A stretch of DNA of 64,000 bases from Chlamydiota bacterium (GTDB lineage Bacteria > Chlamydiota > Chlamydiia > Chlamydiales > JACKPQ01), in the NCBI GenBank assembly GCA_021772435.1, contig JAJFLZ010000037.1, positions 129,260 to 193,259 of the forward strand, given 5' to 3'. Under the pieces are notes generated by a model that did not search any database, was not told where the DNA came from, and was given only the letters and a program-made list of their open reading frames with translations. Made by a program: the position numbers and the translations under genes. Positions 28,429 through 37,886 of this stretch are shown piece by piece. The stretch's first letter is position 1. Every line of letters begins with the position of its first letter.

Positions 28429-30727
28429 ATGGATTTTACTGTGCGCTGTGAGCGTGCATCTTTTTGCTGAGACGATCGAGGAGAAACGCGCGGCGTGCCT
28501 GAAAAAACATGAAGAGACAGCAGATCAGGGAACAGCGTTTTTAAAAGATTTAAATGGTGAGCTCGAGCGGTTGCGCGCGGATTTAAAGCAGGCGTACAGA
28601 GAGGCCGAGCGGGCGTATTCGCTGGGTGGCGATGTCAAAGATTGGCTCGATGAGGTGAATCATTTGCGCTTGGATGTGGCAGCACTCGAAGATCATTGGC
28701 GCAGGCTAAACGTAGAAGAAGCAGAGCGTGGCGAAGAAGGCTATGGGCTGTGGGATCAGGAGGAGTCGACGCTTGGCCAGCTGGTGATGGAGTACGGCGC
28801 CCCCGATTATTTGTATGTGATTCCACCTGAGGTGATGAACCAAAAGATCAGTTTGCACTCGATGGTGCCAATTCCCCGCCCGTCATGGAGCGAGTTGTTA
28901 GAAGTCATCTTGGCACAAAATGGCGTGGGCGTAAAACAGATGGGCCCGATGGTGCGCCAGCTGTATCAATTTAAGCAAGATCTGATGGCTACGTGCGATA
29001 TTTTGGCTGAGCGCAAACGACTCGATCATTTTCCTGACCATAAACGCGTGCTGTTTGTGTTTAGTCCAAAGTCAGAAGATATCAAGAGTGTTTTTTATTT
29101 TTTTGAACGATTCCGCGACCCCAAGCGCACTTACGTGCATCAGGTCGGTAATAAGGTTGCAATTGTATCCACAGTAGATGAGGTCAAGAAGCTGCTTGCT
29201 TTGTACGATGCTGTCTGGGAAGAGGGGCAGGAGCGAATCATGAAGGTGGTGAGCTTGAGTAAGTTGTCGCCGCAGGAGATGGAGAAGGTGCTTAAGGCAT
29301 ATTTTGGCGCATCGACCGACATGGGACGTATGACAGTGGCTAAGGGCGGGGCGCATTTGACGATCTTGCCACTGAGCCAGGAAGGATCGCTTGCTTTGGT
29401 GGGCATGAAAGATACGGTAGAGCGCGCCGAGAGTTTGATCAAGGAGATGGAAGCGCAAATTCAAGATCCGCAGGAGATGACGGTGTTTTGGTACACATGC
29501 CGCCACAGCGATCCAGTGGATTTATCCGATGTGCTAGAAAAGGTGTACTCAACATTGGTTCACTCATCTGTTGAAGGTGCGGTGGAGCAAGCGAAAAAGT
29601 GCGCGGTTAAACCAGATGTAGAGGTAAATGTTACTCCGCCCTCGTTTGGTATTCCCACAGCGCCTGCGCCTGTAAATCCCAAGCCAATCGAGCCAGGGCG
29701 TTTATCCTCACAGGTGCAAAAATCTAAATCGCTGAATTTTATTCCGTATACCAAGACCGGCTCAATCATGATGGTGGTGCGTCGCGATACGTTGCCAAAA
29801 CTCAAAGAGCTACTTAAGAAACTCGATGTCCCAAAAAAGATGGTACAGATCGATGTGCTGATTTTTGAGCGCAAGTTAAATTCAGAAAACAATTTTGGAC
29901 TCAATATTTTAAAGATTGGATCAGCGGCATCCCAAAAGCACAAGGCAGGGCTGTCTTACGAAGATTTTTCAGGTGCAAAAAATCCCGGTATTTTGGACTT
30001 TTTCTTGAGTCGAAAAGCATCGAGCTTGCTTCCAGCTTTTGATTTGGCCTACAGTTTTTTGCTCTCTCAAGAGGATATTCGAGTGAACGCCGCACCGCAA
30101 ATTACGACGATTAACCAGACGCCAGCTAAAATTTCGATCGTAGAGGAAATTTCGATCAATAATGGCGCGGCGCCCATTGACAGTAACGGCGTGACGGTAT
30201 TTGAGAAGTCTTTTACGCGTAATCAATTTGGTATTGTTTTGGTGATTACACCAACGGTACACGAGCCAGAGTTAGAAGATGGCAAGAGGTATGTGACGCT
30301 GGAGACCAATATTACATTTGATAATCCGCAGGAATCATCGCGCGAGGATCAACCCAATATCGACCGCTCGAATATCGAAAATCAGGTGCGTGTTTTAGAT
30401 GGTGAGACGTTAATTTTAGGCGGCATTCGCAGAAAAACGGCTGAAGATACGAATGAAAAGCTGCCGTTTTTAGGTGAGATTCCAGGTGTTGCAAAACTGT
30501 TTGGTACATCGCGTATGACTGATAAGATGCGCGAGCTATTTGTATTTATCACACCGCATGTGATCGTCGATCCAAGCGAAGATGCTAAGCGGCTAAGAGA
30601 AGAGTCGCTGAAAAAACGCGCCGGCGATATCCCCGAATTTTTACAACGCCTTCAAGAAGCGCAAGATAGGCAAAAGCGAGATAAGCTAGCCAATAGTTTT
30701 GATGTGATTTTTGGCTTAAAAAAATGA
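28421..30727 (+). CDS. gspD: Type II secretion system secretin GspD
   Basis: Signal-like N-terminus. C-terminal secretin domain VRVLDGETLILGGIRRKTAEDTNEKLPFLGEIPGVAKLFGTSRMTDKMRELFVFITPHVI. I prefer ATG 28421 (GGGGGAG 6 nt upstream) over the TTG at 28418. Confidence 0.9.
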   Translation: MIRWILLCAVSVHLFAETIEEKRAACLKKHEETADQGTAFLKDLNGELERLRADLKQAYREAERAYSLGGDVKDWLDEVNHLRLDVAALEDHWRRLNVEEAERGEEGYGLWDQEESTLGQLVMEYGAPDYLYVIPPEVMNQKISLHSMVPIPRPSWSELLEVILAQNGVGVKQMGPMVRQLYQFKQDLMATCDILAERKRLDHFPDHKRVLFVFSPKSEDIKSVFYFFERFRDPKRTYVHQVGNKVAIVSTVDEVKKLLALYDAVWEEGQERIMKVVSLSKLSPQEMEKVLKAYFGASTDMGRMTVAKGGAHLTILPLSQEGSLALVGMKDTVERAESLIKEMEAQIQDPQEMTVFWYTCRHSDPVDLSDVLEKVYSTLVHSSVEGAVEQAKKCAVKPDVEVNVTPPSFGIPTAPAPVNPKPIEPGRLSSQVQKSKSLNFIPYTKTGSIMMVVRRDTLPKLKELLKKLDVPKKMVQIDVLIFERKLNSENNFGLNILKIGSAASQKHKAGLSYEDFSGAKNPGILDFFLSRKASSLLPAFDLAYSFLLSQEDIRVNAAPQITTINQTPAKISIVEEISINNGAAPIDSNGVTVFEKSFTRNQFGIVLVITPTVHEPELEDGKRYVTLETNITFDNPQESSREDQPNIDRSNIENQVRVLDGETLILGGIRRKTAEDTNEKLPFLGEIPGVAKLFGTSRMTDKMRELFVFITPHVIVDPSEDAKRLREESLKKRAGDIPEFLQRLQEAQDRQKRDKLANSFDVIFGLKK

Positions 30728-32301
30728 ATGCAAAGTACGCCCTTTTAAATAGCGAAGACGAGATCGAGGCGCTGAAACTTGCCGAGCGGTTTGGCTTAGA
30801 GGTGGCTTTTGAGGTGATCGATCGGCCCCTCGTGGTCAGCCACAGCCGCAAGGTGCCGTACGCGTTTGCTAAACAAAAAAGTTTGTTGCCTATTGACGAG
30901 ACAGAAGACGGCACGCTCGTTGTTGCTTTTTCCAAGCCAGCTGACTTGCAAGCGATGGAAGAGGTGCGTTGTTTAACCGGACTGCCTATTTTAGAGGTTT
31001 TTTGCCCTAAAAGTCAGCTCGATCGCGCGATTGAAAAGTGTTATCGCGCCCAGGGCGATGAGATGTTGCATCATCTAGAAGATGAGGCTAAAGGTGAAGC
31101 AAACGATGAGGAGTACGATCTTTTAGAACAGGGCTCTAACTCCCCTGTCATTCGCATGCTCAATGCGATTTTAGCCGAAGCGATTCAGCAAGGCGCTTCT
31201 GATATTCACTTTGAACCGCAAGAGCGCGGGCTGATTGTGCGGTTTCGCATCGATGGAGTGCTGCAAGAGCGGCATACGCCCTCGCGCGAGATTCAAAATC
31301 AGCTGCTCACGCGTATTAAGGTGCTTTCAAAATTAGATATTGCTGAACACCGCCTGCCTCAAGATGGGCGCGTTAAGCTAAAACTCGGCGGACGCGAGAT
31401 TGATTTTCGGGTGAGCACCGTGCCGGTAGCTTACGGTGAGCGGATTGTGCTCAGGATTTTGGATAAAGGCAATGTGACGCTAGGACTTGATAAAATTGGC
31501 ATGCCCGATATTAAAGCATTTAAACGTTGCATCACCCAATCGCAAGGAATCGTGCTCGTCACAGGGCCCACCGGTAGCGGAAAGACGACGACGCTGTATA
31601 GCGCACTCTCAGAGCTGCAGACACCAGAGATCAATATCATGACGATTGAAGATCCGGTTGAATACAAGCTCCCCGGCATGGCGCAAATCGGCGTTAATCC
31701 AAAAATTGGCTTAACATTTGCCAAAGGCTTGCGCCATATTTTACGTCAGGATCCAGATGTTGTGATGATCGGTGAGATCCGCGATCAGGAGACAGCTGAA
31801 ATTGCAATCCAAGCATCGCTGACTGGGCACCTTGTGCTCACGACTTTGCACACAAACGATGCGCCGTCGGCGATTACACGTCTTGTGGACATGGGTATTG
31901 AACCCTACTTGCTCTCATCGTCAGTGATTGGTGCTCTAGCGCAGCGGCTCGTGCGTCAGATTTGCTCGGACTGCAAAGAAAGCTACAAACCTTCCGATGA
32001 GGAATTGTTAGAGCTAGGCATCAAGCGCGCGCAACTAAAAGCTGGAAAGCTCATGCGCGGCATGGGTTGCGCCAAATGCTTTGGGTCGGGCTATCGTGGA
32101 CGCCGAGGCTTGTACGAGCTAATGTCGATCACGCCTGCAATCAAAAAACAGTTGCTTGAGAGTGCCGACGCAAGCGCGTTGCAACGGATCGCCCTAAATG
32201 ATGGAATGGTCGATCTAAGAGCGCGCGGCGCCGAGCTTGCCATTTGCGGTGTAACATCCTCTGCTGAAGTGTTGCGCGTGACGCGTCAAATAGAGTTATA
32301 G
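30724..32301 (+). CDS. gspE: Type II secretion ATPase GspE
   Basis: VTGPTGSGKTTTLY (Walker A), DPDVVMIGEIRD, TGHLVLTTLHTN, and the tetracysteine CSDC...CAKC motif. The ATGA start overlaps the gspD stop. Confidence 0.95.
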   Translation: MNAKYALLNSEDEIEALKLAERFGLEVAFEVIDRPLVVSHSRKVPYAFAKQKSLLPIDETEDGTLVVAFSKPADLQAMEEVRCLTGLPILEVFCPKSQLDRAIEKCYRAQGDEMLHHLEDEAKGEANDEEYDLLEQGSNSPVIRMLNAILAEAIQQGASDIHFEPQERGLIVRFRIDGVLQERHTPSREIQNQLLTRIKVLSKLDIAEHRLPQDGRVKLKLGGREIDFRVSTVPVAYGERIVLRILDKGNVTLGLDKIGMPDIKAFKRCITQSQGIVLVTGPTGSGKTTTLYSALSELQTPEINIMTIEDPVEYKLPGMAQIGVNPKIGLTFAKGLRHILRQDPDVVMIGEIRDQETAEIAIQASLTGHLVLTTLHTNDAPSAITRLVDMGIEPYLLSSSVIGALAQRLVRQICSDCKESYKPSDEELLELGIKRAQLKAGKLMRGMGCAKCFGSGYRGRRGLYELMSITPAIKKQLLESADASALQRIALNDGMVDLRARGAELAICGVTSSAEVLRVTRQIEL

Positions 32302-32303
32302 CC

Positions 32304-33488
32304 ATGCCAATTTTTGAATACACAGCAGTTAAAACAAATGGGAACAAGCAAAAAGGCTACGTTGATGCAGATTCGGTCGAAATGGCAGGAGAAAAACTAG
32401 CGGCGCAAAAGCTTTTAGTGACCATGCTTGAAATACATAAAAGCAAGGGCAAAAAGCACCAGCTTTCCCCAAGTTTAGTTTTAAATCTAACGCGCGATCT
32501 AGCGCAGCTTCTCAAAGCGGGGCTGCCGCTCTACGATAGTTTGATTGCCATTGAAGAAAAATATCAAGGACACAAAGCGCACTTTATTTTTCTCGATTTG
32601 TGCGATCAGGTCAAGCACGGCACGCAACTATCGCAAGCCTTAAAACGTTATCCAAAAAGTTTTGATAGCATCTACATTGCGATGGTCGCAGCTGGAGAGC
32701 GTAGCGCTGGACTTGCGGGTGTATTCGACGAGCTTGCAAGTCTTATTAGCCGCAGCCAAAAACTCAAAAAACAAGTCACATCAGCGATGATCTACCCGGC
32801 TTTTATCGGCTCGTTTTGCTTGATTGTGATCAGCGTTTTGCTCTTTTTTCTCGTGCCGTCCATGGCAGAATTATTTGAAGACAGGCCGCTGCATCCGATG
32901 ACAGCTGCTGTGCTAGGCCTCAGTCATTGGCTGCAGGAGTATGGCGTTTATCTACTTGTTGGCATACTGACTTGCCTGCTTGGAATTTTGGTGATCTGGA
33001 AAAAGCCCGCTGTATATCGCACACGTGCTAAACTACTATTGCACCTGCCCATTATAGCAGAGTTAACAACGCAAGCTGTGATGATCAGATTTTGCAAAAC
33101 ACTATCTCGATTACTGGATAGTGGCGTGCCCTTGCTCGAAGGGCTGCAACTAGCAAGGAGTGTGATGCATCACCCCATGTTCGAAGAGGCCATTCTCAGC
33201 TGCGAGAGCAAAGTGATGGAAGGTAAGGGACTAGCTGAGCATCTAAAAGAACAGGCAATTATCCCCAAATCGGCTGTGCGGATGCTTGCTATTGCAGAAG
33301 ATGCCGGCACAACAGCCGAAATGCTAGGCTCGATCGCTGATTTAAATTCAGAAGAGCTAGAAAAAAATTTAACGCGCCTAACAGCGTACTTGCAGCCGGT
33401 GGTGCTACTGGTGCTAGGCGTTATCGTCGGCGTGATACTACTGTCGGTCCTCTTGCCGCTTACCGACGTTAGTTCATTTTTAGAATAG
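32304..33488 (+). CDS. gspF: Type II secretion inner-membrane platform protein GspF
   Basis: 394 aa. Duplicated T2SSF domains (TRDLAQLLKAGLPLYDSL and FCKTLSRLLDSGVPLLEGL) and 3 TM segments. Confidence 0.92.
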   Translation: MPIFEYTAVKTNGNKQKGYVDADSVEMAGEKLAAQKLLVTMLEIHKSKGKKHQLSPSLVLNLTRDLAQLLKAGLPLYDSLIAIEEKYQGHKAHFIFLDLCDQVKHGTQLSQALKRYPKSFDSIYIAMVAAGERSAGLAGVFDELASLISRSQKLKKQVTSAMIYPAFIGSFCLIVISVLLFFLVPSMAELFEDRPLHPMTAAVLGLSHWLQEYGVYLLVGILTCLLGILVIWKKPAVYRTRAKLLLHLPIIAELTTQAVMIRFCKTLSRLLDSGVPLLEGLQLARSVMHHPMFEEAILSCESKVMEGKGLAEHLKEQAIIPKSAVRMLAIAEDAGTTAEMLGSIADLNSEELEKNLTRLTAYLQPVVLLVLGVIVGVILLSVLLPLTDVSSFLE

Positions 33489-33498
33489 GAGAAACAAC

Positions 33499-33879
33499 AT
33501 GTTAAAAAAGAAAAAAAAGCGCAGCATGACACTGCTTGAAATCATGGTCGTCATCTTCATTATCGGAATTATCGGTAGCGTGATTGGCTACAACATGAAA
33601 GGCAGCATGAAAAAAGGCAAACAATTCAAAACAGACTACGCCGCAGCCAAAATCGCTGAAGTCCTCACCATGGAATGTGAATTAAACGGTTTAAATCCGC
33701 ACGCTGTGGCCAAAGACTTTGAAAACGTACTAAAAGAATCAGGCATGGTCAAAGATGTCGGTAAACTCATCGTCGATGGTTACGGAGAAAAATATAAAGT
33801 CTCCTATGTTAAAGACACCTTTAAGGTCACATCCAGCCATGTTACAAAAGAAAAACAGACGACCACTGACACTGATTGA
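33499..33879 (+). CDS. gspG: Major pseudopilin-like protein (GspG-like)
   Basis: 126 aa. Basic leader MLKKKKKRS followed by MTLLEIMVVIFIIGIIGSVIG. This is a type IV pilin-like N-terminus with the conserved Glu, but it lacks the canonical Gly-Phe cleavage context. Confidence 0.75.
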   Translation: MLKKKKKRSMTLLEIMVVIFIIGIIGSVIGYNMKGSMKKGKQFKTDYAAAKIAEVLTMECELNGLNPHAVAKDFENVLKESGMVKDVGKLIVDGYGEKYKVSYVKDTFKVTSSHVTKEKQTTTDTD

Positions 33880-34294
33880 GATCCTGCTTTGTGTGGGACT
33901 CATTGCTATGGCGGGTTCGCTCTTTGGTGTTAAAGGCAAGCAGCTATGGAAGCGGCATCAATTTTTTTCTAGCGTCGATAGACTGTGTGAAGAGCTGACT
34001 CTAACGCGGCACTTTGCACAAAGTCTGCGCGCTGATGTCGATCTCTATCTAATCAAAGAAAAAGATGGCGTGCGCTTGATCCGGCAATTTGACGAGCCGG
34101 GAATGCTCAAGATGAAAAACGCCTTTCCAAGTGAACTATTTTTCAAAAACATAGTCATCACCGACGATCAAAACCTATTTTTTTACGGCAACGGATGGCA
34201 TGATATCGACGAAGAAATACGCATAAAAGGCGTAGAAAATATCACCATCTCTCTTTTACCAGAAAAATTTGCTGCAAAAAAAATTGTAAAATAA
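33839..34294 (+). CDS. Minor pseudopilin-like protein
   Basis: Starting at ATG 33839 gives MLQKKNRRPLTLIEILLCVGLIAMAGSLFG, a pilin-like N-terminus. The ORF-track start at 33755 would bury this motif 28 residues in. Confidence 0.65.
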   Translation: MLQKKNRRPLTLIEILLCVGLIAMAGSLFGVKGKQLWKRHQFFSSVDRLCEELTLTRHFAQSLRADVDLYLIKEKDGVRLIRQFDEPGMLKMKNAFPSELFFKNIVITDDQNLFFYGNGWHDIDEEIRIKGVENITISLLPEKFAAKKIVK

Positions 34295-34358
34295 AATTTT
34301 ATTATTATATAGATGGGTTAAAAAGAGAAAAAGAAAAACTCATTAGGAGGAAAAGCTA

Positions 34359-34766
34359 ATGGCTGCAGCAATTCATCTAGCCAGAATTTTTGGCCCACTA
34401 TTATTAATTGTTGGTATTTGGCACTTGTTTTATCGCCATAAGGTAATGCAAGCTGCAAAAGGTTTAAAAACGAACTCAACCGTGATGTACTTGCATGGCA
34501 TCATTAACCTCATTGTAGGTTTAACAATTGTGACCATGTTTAATCACTGGGTATGGGATTTAACACTGCTTGTAACACTTTTCGGATGGTTCCTAATCGT
34601 TCGTGGTGTACTAGCACTTTACTGGCCGGATGTTCTTGTCAGTTTACAACTCAGTTCAGAAGGTTGCCTAACTTTCTGGGGAATCGTGTGGATCGTTTGG
34701 GGTTTCTTCATGACATGGCTTGGCTACTTCTGCGAGATGGGCCGTCATGCAATGATGAACCGTTAA
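34359..34766 (+). CDS. Hypothetical small integral membrane protein (4 TM)
   Basis: 135 aa, Trp-rich hydrophobic segments. AGGAGG lies 8 nt upstream of the ATG. A strong terminator follows. Confidence 0.6.
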   Translation: MAAAIHLARIFGPLLLIVGIWHLFYRHKVMQAAKGLKTNSTVMYLHGIINLIVGLTIVTMFNHWVWDLTLLVTLFGWFLIVRGVLALYWPDVLVSLQLSSEGCLTFWGIVWIVWGFFMTWLGYFCEMGRHAMMNR

Positions 34767-34801
34767 AAATTAAGGCTCAAGGAAACTCAATTTTTCCTTA
34801 G

Positions 34802-34831
34802 ACGGGGCTTATCTAAGCCCCGTTTTTTTTT
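34802..34831 (+). terminator. Rho-independent terminator ending the T2SS-side transcription unit
   Basis: ACGGGGCTTA-TC-TAAGCCCCGT is a 10-bp perfect stem, followed directly by T8-9. Confidence 0.85.
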
Positions 34832-34832
34832 A

Positions 34833-35084
34833 CGAGATAATCTTTTAACGCATTTTAAATCCTTGCTCGGGGGTCTGCCTAGAGGCATGACCACCCTCGC
34901 TACGGACGAGCTGCTAGCTCGCCCGCGGGTTTAAACTGCATCTAAAATCTAGATCTCGTAAGCGAGCGAGATAATCTTTTAGCGCATTTTAAATCCTTGC
35001 TCGGGGGTCTGCCCAAAGGCATGACCACCTTCGCTACGGACGAGCTGCTGGCTCGCCCTCGGGTTTAAACTGCATCTAAAATCT
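34833..35084. repeat. Two tandem 118-bp units (34833-34950 and 34967-35084, 112/118 identical) with conserved internal hairpins
   Basis: Direct reading shows a period of 134 bp and a 16-bp linker. Each unit has an outer stem GCATTTTAAATCC/GGGTTTAAACTGC and two inner hairpins, GGTCTGCC-TAGA-GGCATGACC and CGAGC-TGCTA-GCTCG. Confidence 0.9.
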
Positions 35085-35206
35085 TAATTTCGTTTCGTCT
35101 TCTTCCAATAATTTTGTATAAGGGATGTACTCCATCTAGCTAGGCTGGTTGTTTGTTTTTCTACGATGATTTAGAATGAAAAATTATTAATCGTAGGAGA
35201 TGTGAC

Positions 35207-37807
35207 ATGAAAAAATTTGCTTTAGCTGTTTTATTATCAAGTGCTGTGCTGTTTGGAGAGGCCAAGGCGCCGGAACCGGCCAGGCTGAGTAAGCACCTGC
35301 AAATGCGTGCGCCTGAATGGCGAGCTGAAATGGTGGCGACTTACCCTAACGGCAACCCGCAAGAAATTATTTTTCATGGACCCGATTTAGATGGTCAAGA
35401 ACACCCTCAAAAACGCATTCGCTTTTTTGAAAACGGTAAGCCGTATGAAGAAGTGGATTTAGCCGTTGTCAGTAAAGATTCTAAAGCTTTTGAGCTTCAC
35501 AAATCGATTATGGTACCGCATGGGTTGTCTGTACAGTTTAGCGATAAGAATGAACTGGCCGCATTGCGTGAATTCGAGCAAGGTTTGCCACATGGTTACT
35601 TGCAAACGTTTTATTCTGGTCGCAAGTTGCAAAGGCAGCTGCATTACGTTGATGGCGAATTAGATGGCACTGCAATTAGCCATTACGAAAATGGAAACAT
35701 TGCTGAGCAGGCAGAATACAAAAACGGTAAACTGCACGGCGAGCTAGCGCGTTACTACGAGAGCGGACAAAAAGCTTTGCAAGTGACGCATGTTGATGGT
35801 CTGATGAATGGCCAAGCGATCGAGTGGTACGAAAATGGCAACACCAAAGCGACTCAATTTTTTAAAGACGGCAAACTCGATAAAGATGGACACAATCCAT
35901 CGGTGATCGCCTACAACGATGAGCGCCGCATCGTCGAGGTGCGCGATTACAAAGAGGGTGAGCTCATTGGCACGCACATCCGCTACCACGACAATGGAAG
36001 AGAAGCTTATCGCGTTGCCTACAAAGACGGCAAAAAAGAGGGCAAAGAAGTTTTCTACTCTGAAGACGGCAAACTGCTAGGTGAAGGACGCTTCAAAATG
36101 GGCGTTCCCCAGGGCAAACATTTTAAAAACCACCCTAACGGCCGCAAAGCATTTCTTGCGACATATGACAAAAAAGGCAACATGAAAGGATCTGCTGAAA
36201 GTTTCTTTGAAAATGGACAGTTGCAAAGCCGCTACCGTTTAGCCGATGACAAACAGCAAGGACCCTTCCAAGAATGGTACGAAAACGGCACGCTTAAAGC
36301 GGATTTTAACTACGTTGCTGGACAGTTCGAAGGTGAGCAAAAAGAATTTTATGAAGATGGACAGATTAAATCTATCGGCGCCTACAAAGATCAGAAAAAA
36401 GATGGCCACTTCCAAAAATGGTTTGAAGATGGCAAGCCAGCATATGACATGTACTTTACTGCCGACAATCAAGACGGCGAAGCTTTTGAATGGTATGAAA
36501 ACGGCAGCTCAAAACTAGCGCACAATTTCCGTAACGGACTTTTAGAAGGCGTGCAGCGCCAGTGGCATGAAAATGGTCAAATCAAAGCTAAAATCAGCTA
36601 CAAAGACGGTAAAAAAGACGGAGAGCACCTTGTTTTTAGCGAAAATGGTGAGCTCATCTTTGAAGCGCAGTACCTAAACGATGGCGCGCATGGCCTCGCG
36701 CGAACATTCTTCAGCAAAGACACATTAAAAGAAGTCGCTGTTTACCAAAACGGTGTACGTGAAGGATCCTACGATGAGTACTACGAAAACGGTCAGCGCA
36801 AAGTCAAAGCGTTTTACAAAAACAACCAGCCCGACGGCAAAATGCAAGGTTGGCATGACGATGGAAGTTTAGCCTTTGAGCGCAACTTCCTAAATGGCAA
36901 ACTTGTGAGCGACCTCGCTGAATACTACAAACTATCTGATACAAATGGTGAGCAGCGCATGGCGCGCCACTATCACTATGATAACCTTGGCAGATTAGAT
37001 GGCGAGCAGTTGCAATACTATCCAAATGGACAAATCCGCACGCTACTTTCCTATCGCGAAGGCGACATGCACGGACCCAAGCGCATGTGGAACGAGCAAG
37101 GAGATCTGCTAGAAGATGCAAATTACACCTTTGGTAAACTGCAAGGTAAATTCTTTTCCAAAGATCAGCAAGGGCGCGAGATCGTCTTTCACTACGTCGA
37201 CAACAAACGTGAAGGCGCACACGAGATCTTCTATCCAGAAAACGAAGAAGGCACCAAGCAAAAAGCATTAGATGCTAACTACGTTGATAATTTCTTCGAG
37301 GGACCTGTTACAGAATTCACACCTGAAGGCAAAATCCTATCGCAAATCCAATTTGAGAAAGGGCTTAAAAACGGTCTATGCAAATTCTACGATCCCAAGG
37401 GGCATCTCGCGATGGAAGTGGAATACCAAAGTGACAAAAAACAGGGTCTAGCGATGCAATTCTTCCCAAATGGTCAGGTGCTCAAAAAAGCTCTATTTCA
37501 AAATGATCTCAAGTGCGGCGATGAAGAAAGCTACTATAAAGATGGAACGTTAGCTGCTGTAAATACATACGTTGATGGCAAACTAAATGGTCTATCACGT
37601 CACTGGAGTCAAGATGGCACACTCGTTTTTGAGGGTGAGTACCTAAACGACTTGCGTCACGGTAAGTTCAACAAATTCTACGACGACGGCAAGCCCAAAC
37701 TGCAACAAACTTTCATCGAAGACAAGCTAGACGGCGTCAAACGCTTTTTCGATCGCGACGGCAACGTCCTAGAAACCCACTACAAGCTGGGCGAAAAACT
37801 CGATTAG
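35207..37807 (+). CDS. Secreted MORN-repeat (MORN variant / YwqK-like repeat) protein
   Basis: 866 aa. Signal peptide MKKFALAVLLSSAVLFGEA. More than 25 copies of a ~23-aa repeat of the type YENG..K....Y.NGKL.G. Confidence 0.85.
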   Translation: MKKFALAVLLSSAVLFGEAKAPEPARLSKHLQMRAPEWRAEMVATYPNGNPQEIIFHGPDLDGQEHPQKRIRFFENGKPYEEVDLAVVSKDSKAFELHKSIMVPHGLSVQFSDKNELAALREFEQGLPHGYLQTFYSGRKLQRQLHYVDGELDGTAISHYENGNIAEQAEYKNGKLHGELARYYESGQKALQVTHVDGLMNGQAIEWYENGNTKATQFFKDGKLDKDGHNPSVIAYNDERRIVEVRDYKEGELIGTHIRYHDNGREAYRVAYKDGKKEGKEVFYSEDGKLLGEGRFKMGVPQGKHFKNHPNGRKAFLATYDKKGNMKGSAESFFENGQLQSRYRLADDKQQGPFQEWYENGTLKADFNYVAGQFEGEQKEFYEDGQIKSIGAYKDQKKDGHFQKWFEDGKPAYDMYFTADNQDGEAFEWYENGSSKLAHNFRNGLLEGVQRQWHENGQIKAKISYKDGKKDGEHLVFSENGELIFEAQYLNDGAHGLARTFFSKDTLKEVAVYQNGVREGSYDEYYENGQRKVKAFYKNNQPDGKMQGWHDDGSLAFERNFLNGKLVSDLAEYYKLSDTNGEQRMARHYHYDNLGRLDGEQLQYYPNGQIRTLLSYREGDMHGPKRMWNEQGDLLEDANYTFGKLQGKFFSKDQQGREIVFHYVDNKREGAHEIFYPENEEGTKQKALDANYVDNFFEGPVTEFTPEGKILSQIQFEKGLKNGLCKFYDPKGHLAMEVEYQSDKKQGLAMQFFPNGQVLKKALFQNDLKCGDEESYYKDGTLAAVNTYVDGKLNGLSRHWSQDGTLVFEGEYLNDLRHGKFNKFYDDGKPKLQQTFIEDKLDGVKRFFDRDGNVLETHYKLGEKLD

Positions 37808-37886
37808 GAAATCACTGAGATCTCAAGAGCGCTGATGCGACCGAAGGTATCGGAAATATAGGATTGCACTTGTTTGTTACGGTTTT

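Noticed and set aside
27100-33500. T2SS cluster as a horizontally acquired island because of higher GC
   Set aside because: There is no flanking tRNA, integrase or direct repeats. The gspD-E-F order is the one I recall as conserved across Chlamydiae. Higher GC is also seen in other conserved genes such as sdhA.
33755-33838. N-terminal extension of the second pseudopilin ORF
   Set aside because: The pilin-like leader (KKNRRP-LTLIE) must be N-terminal. ATG 33839 places it correctly, while the extension lies wholly inside gspG in another frame.
34833-35084. Possible CRISPR array
   Set aside because: There are only two copies, the units are 118 bp with a 16-bp linker, and no cas genes are present. 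The geometry is wrong for CRISPR.
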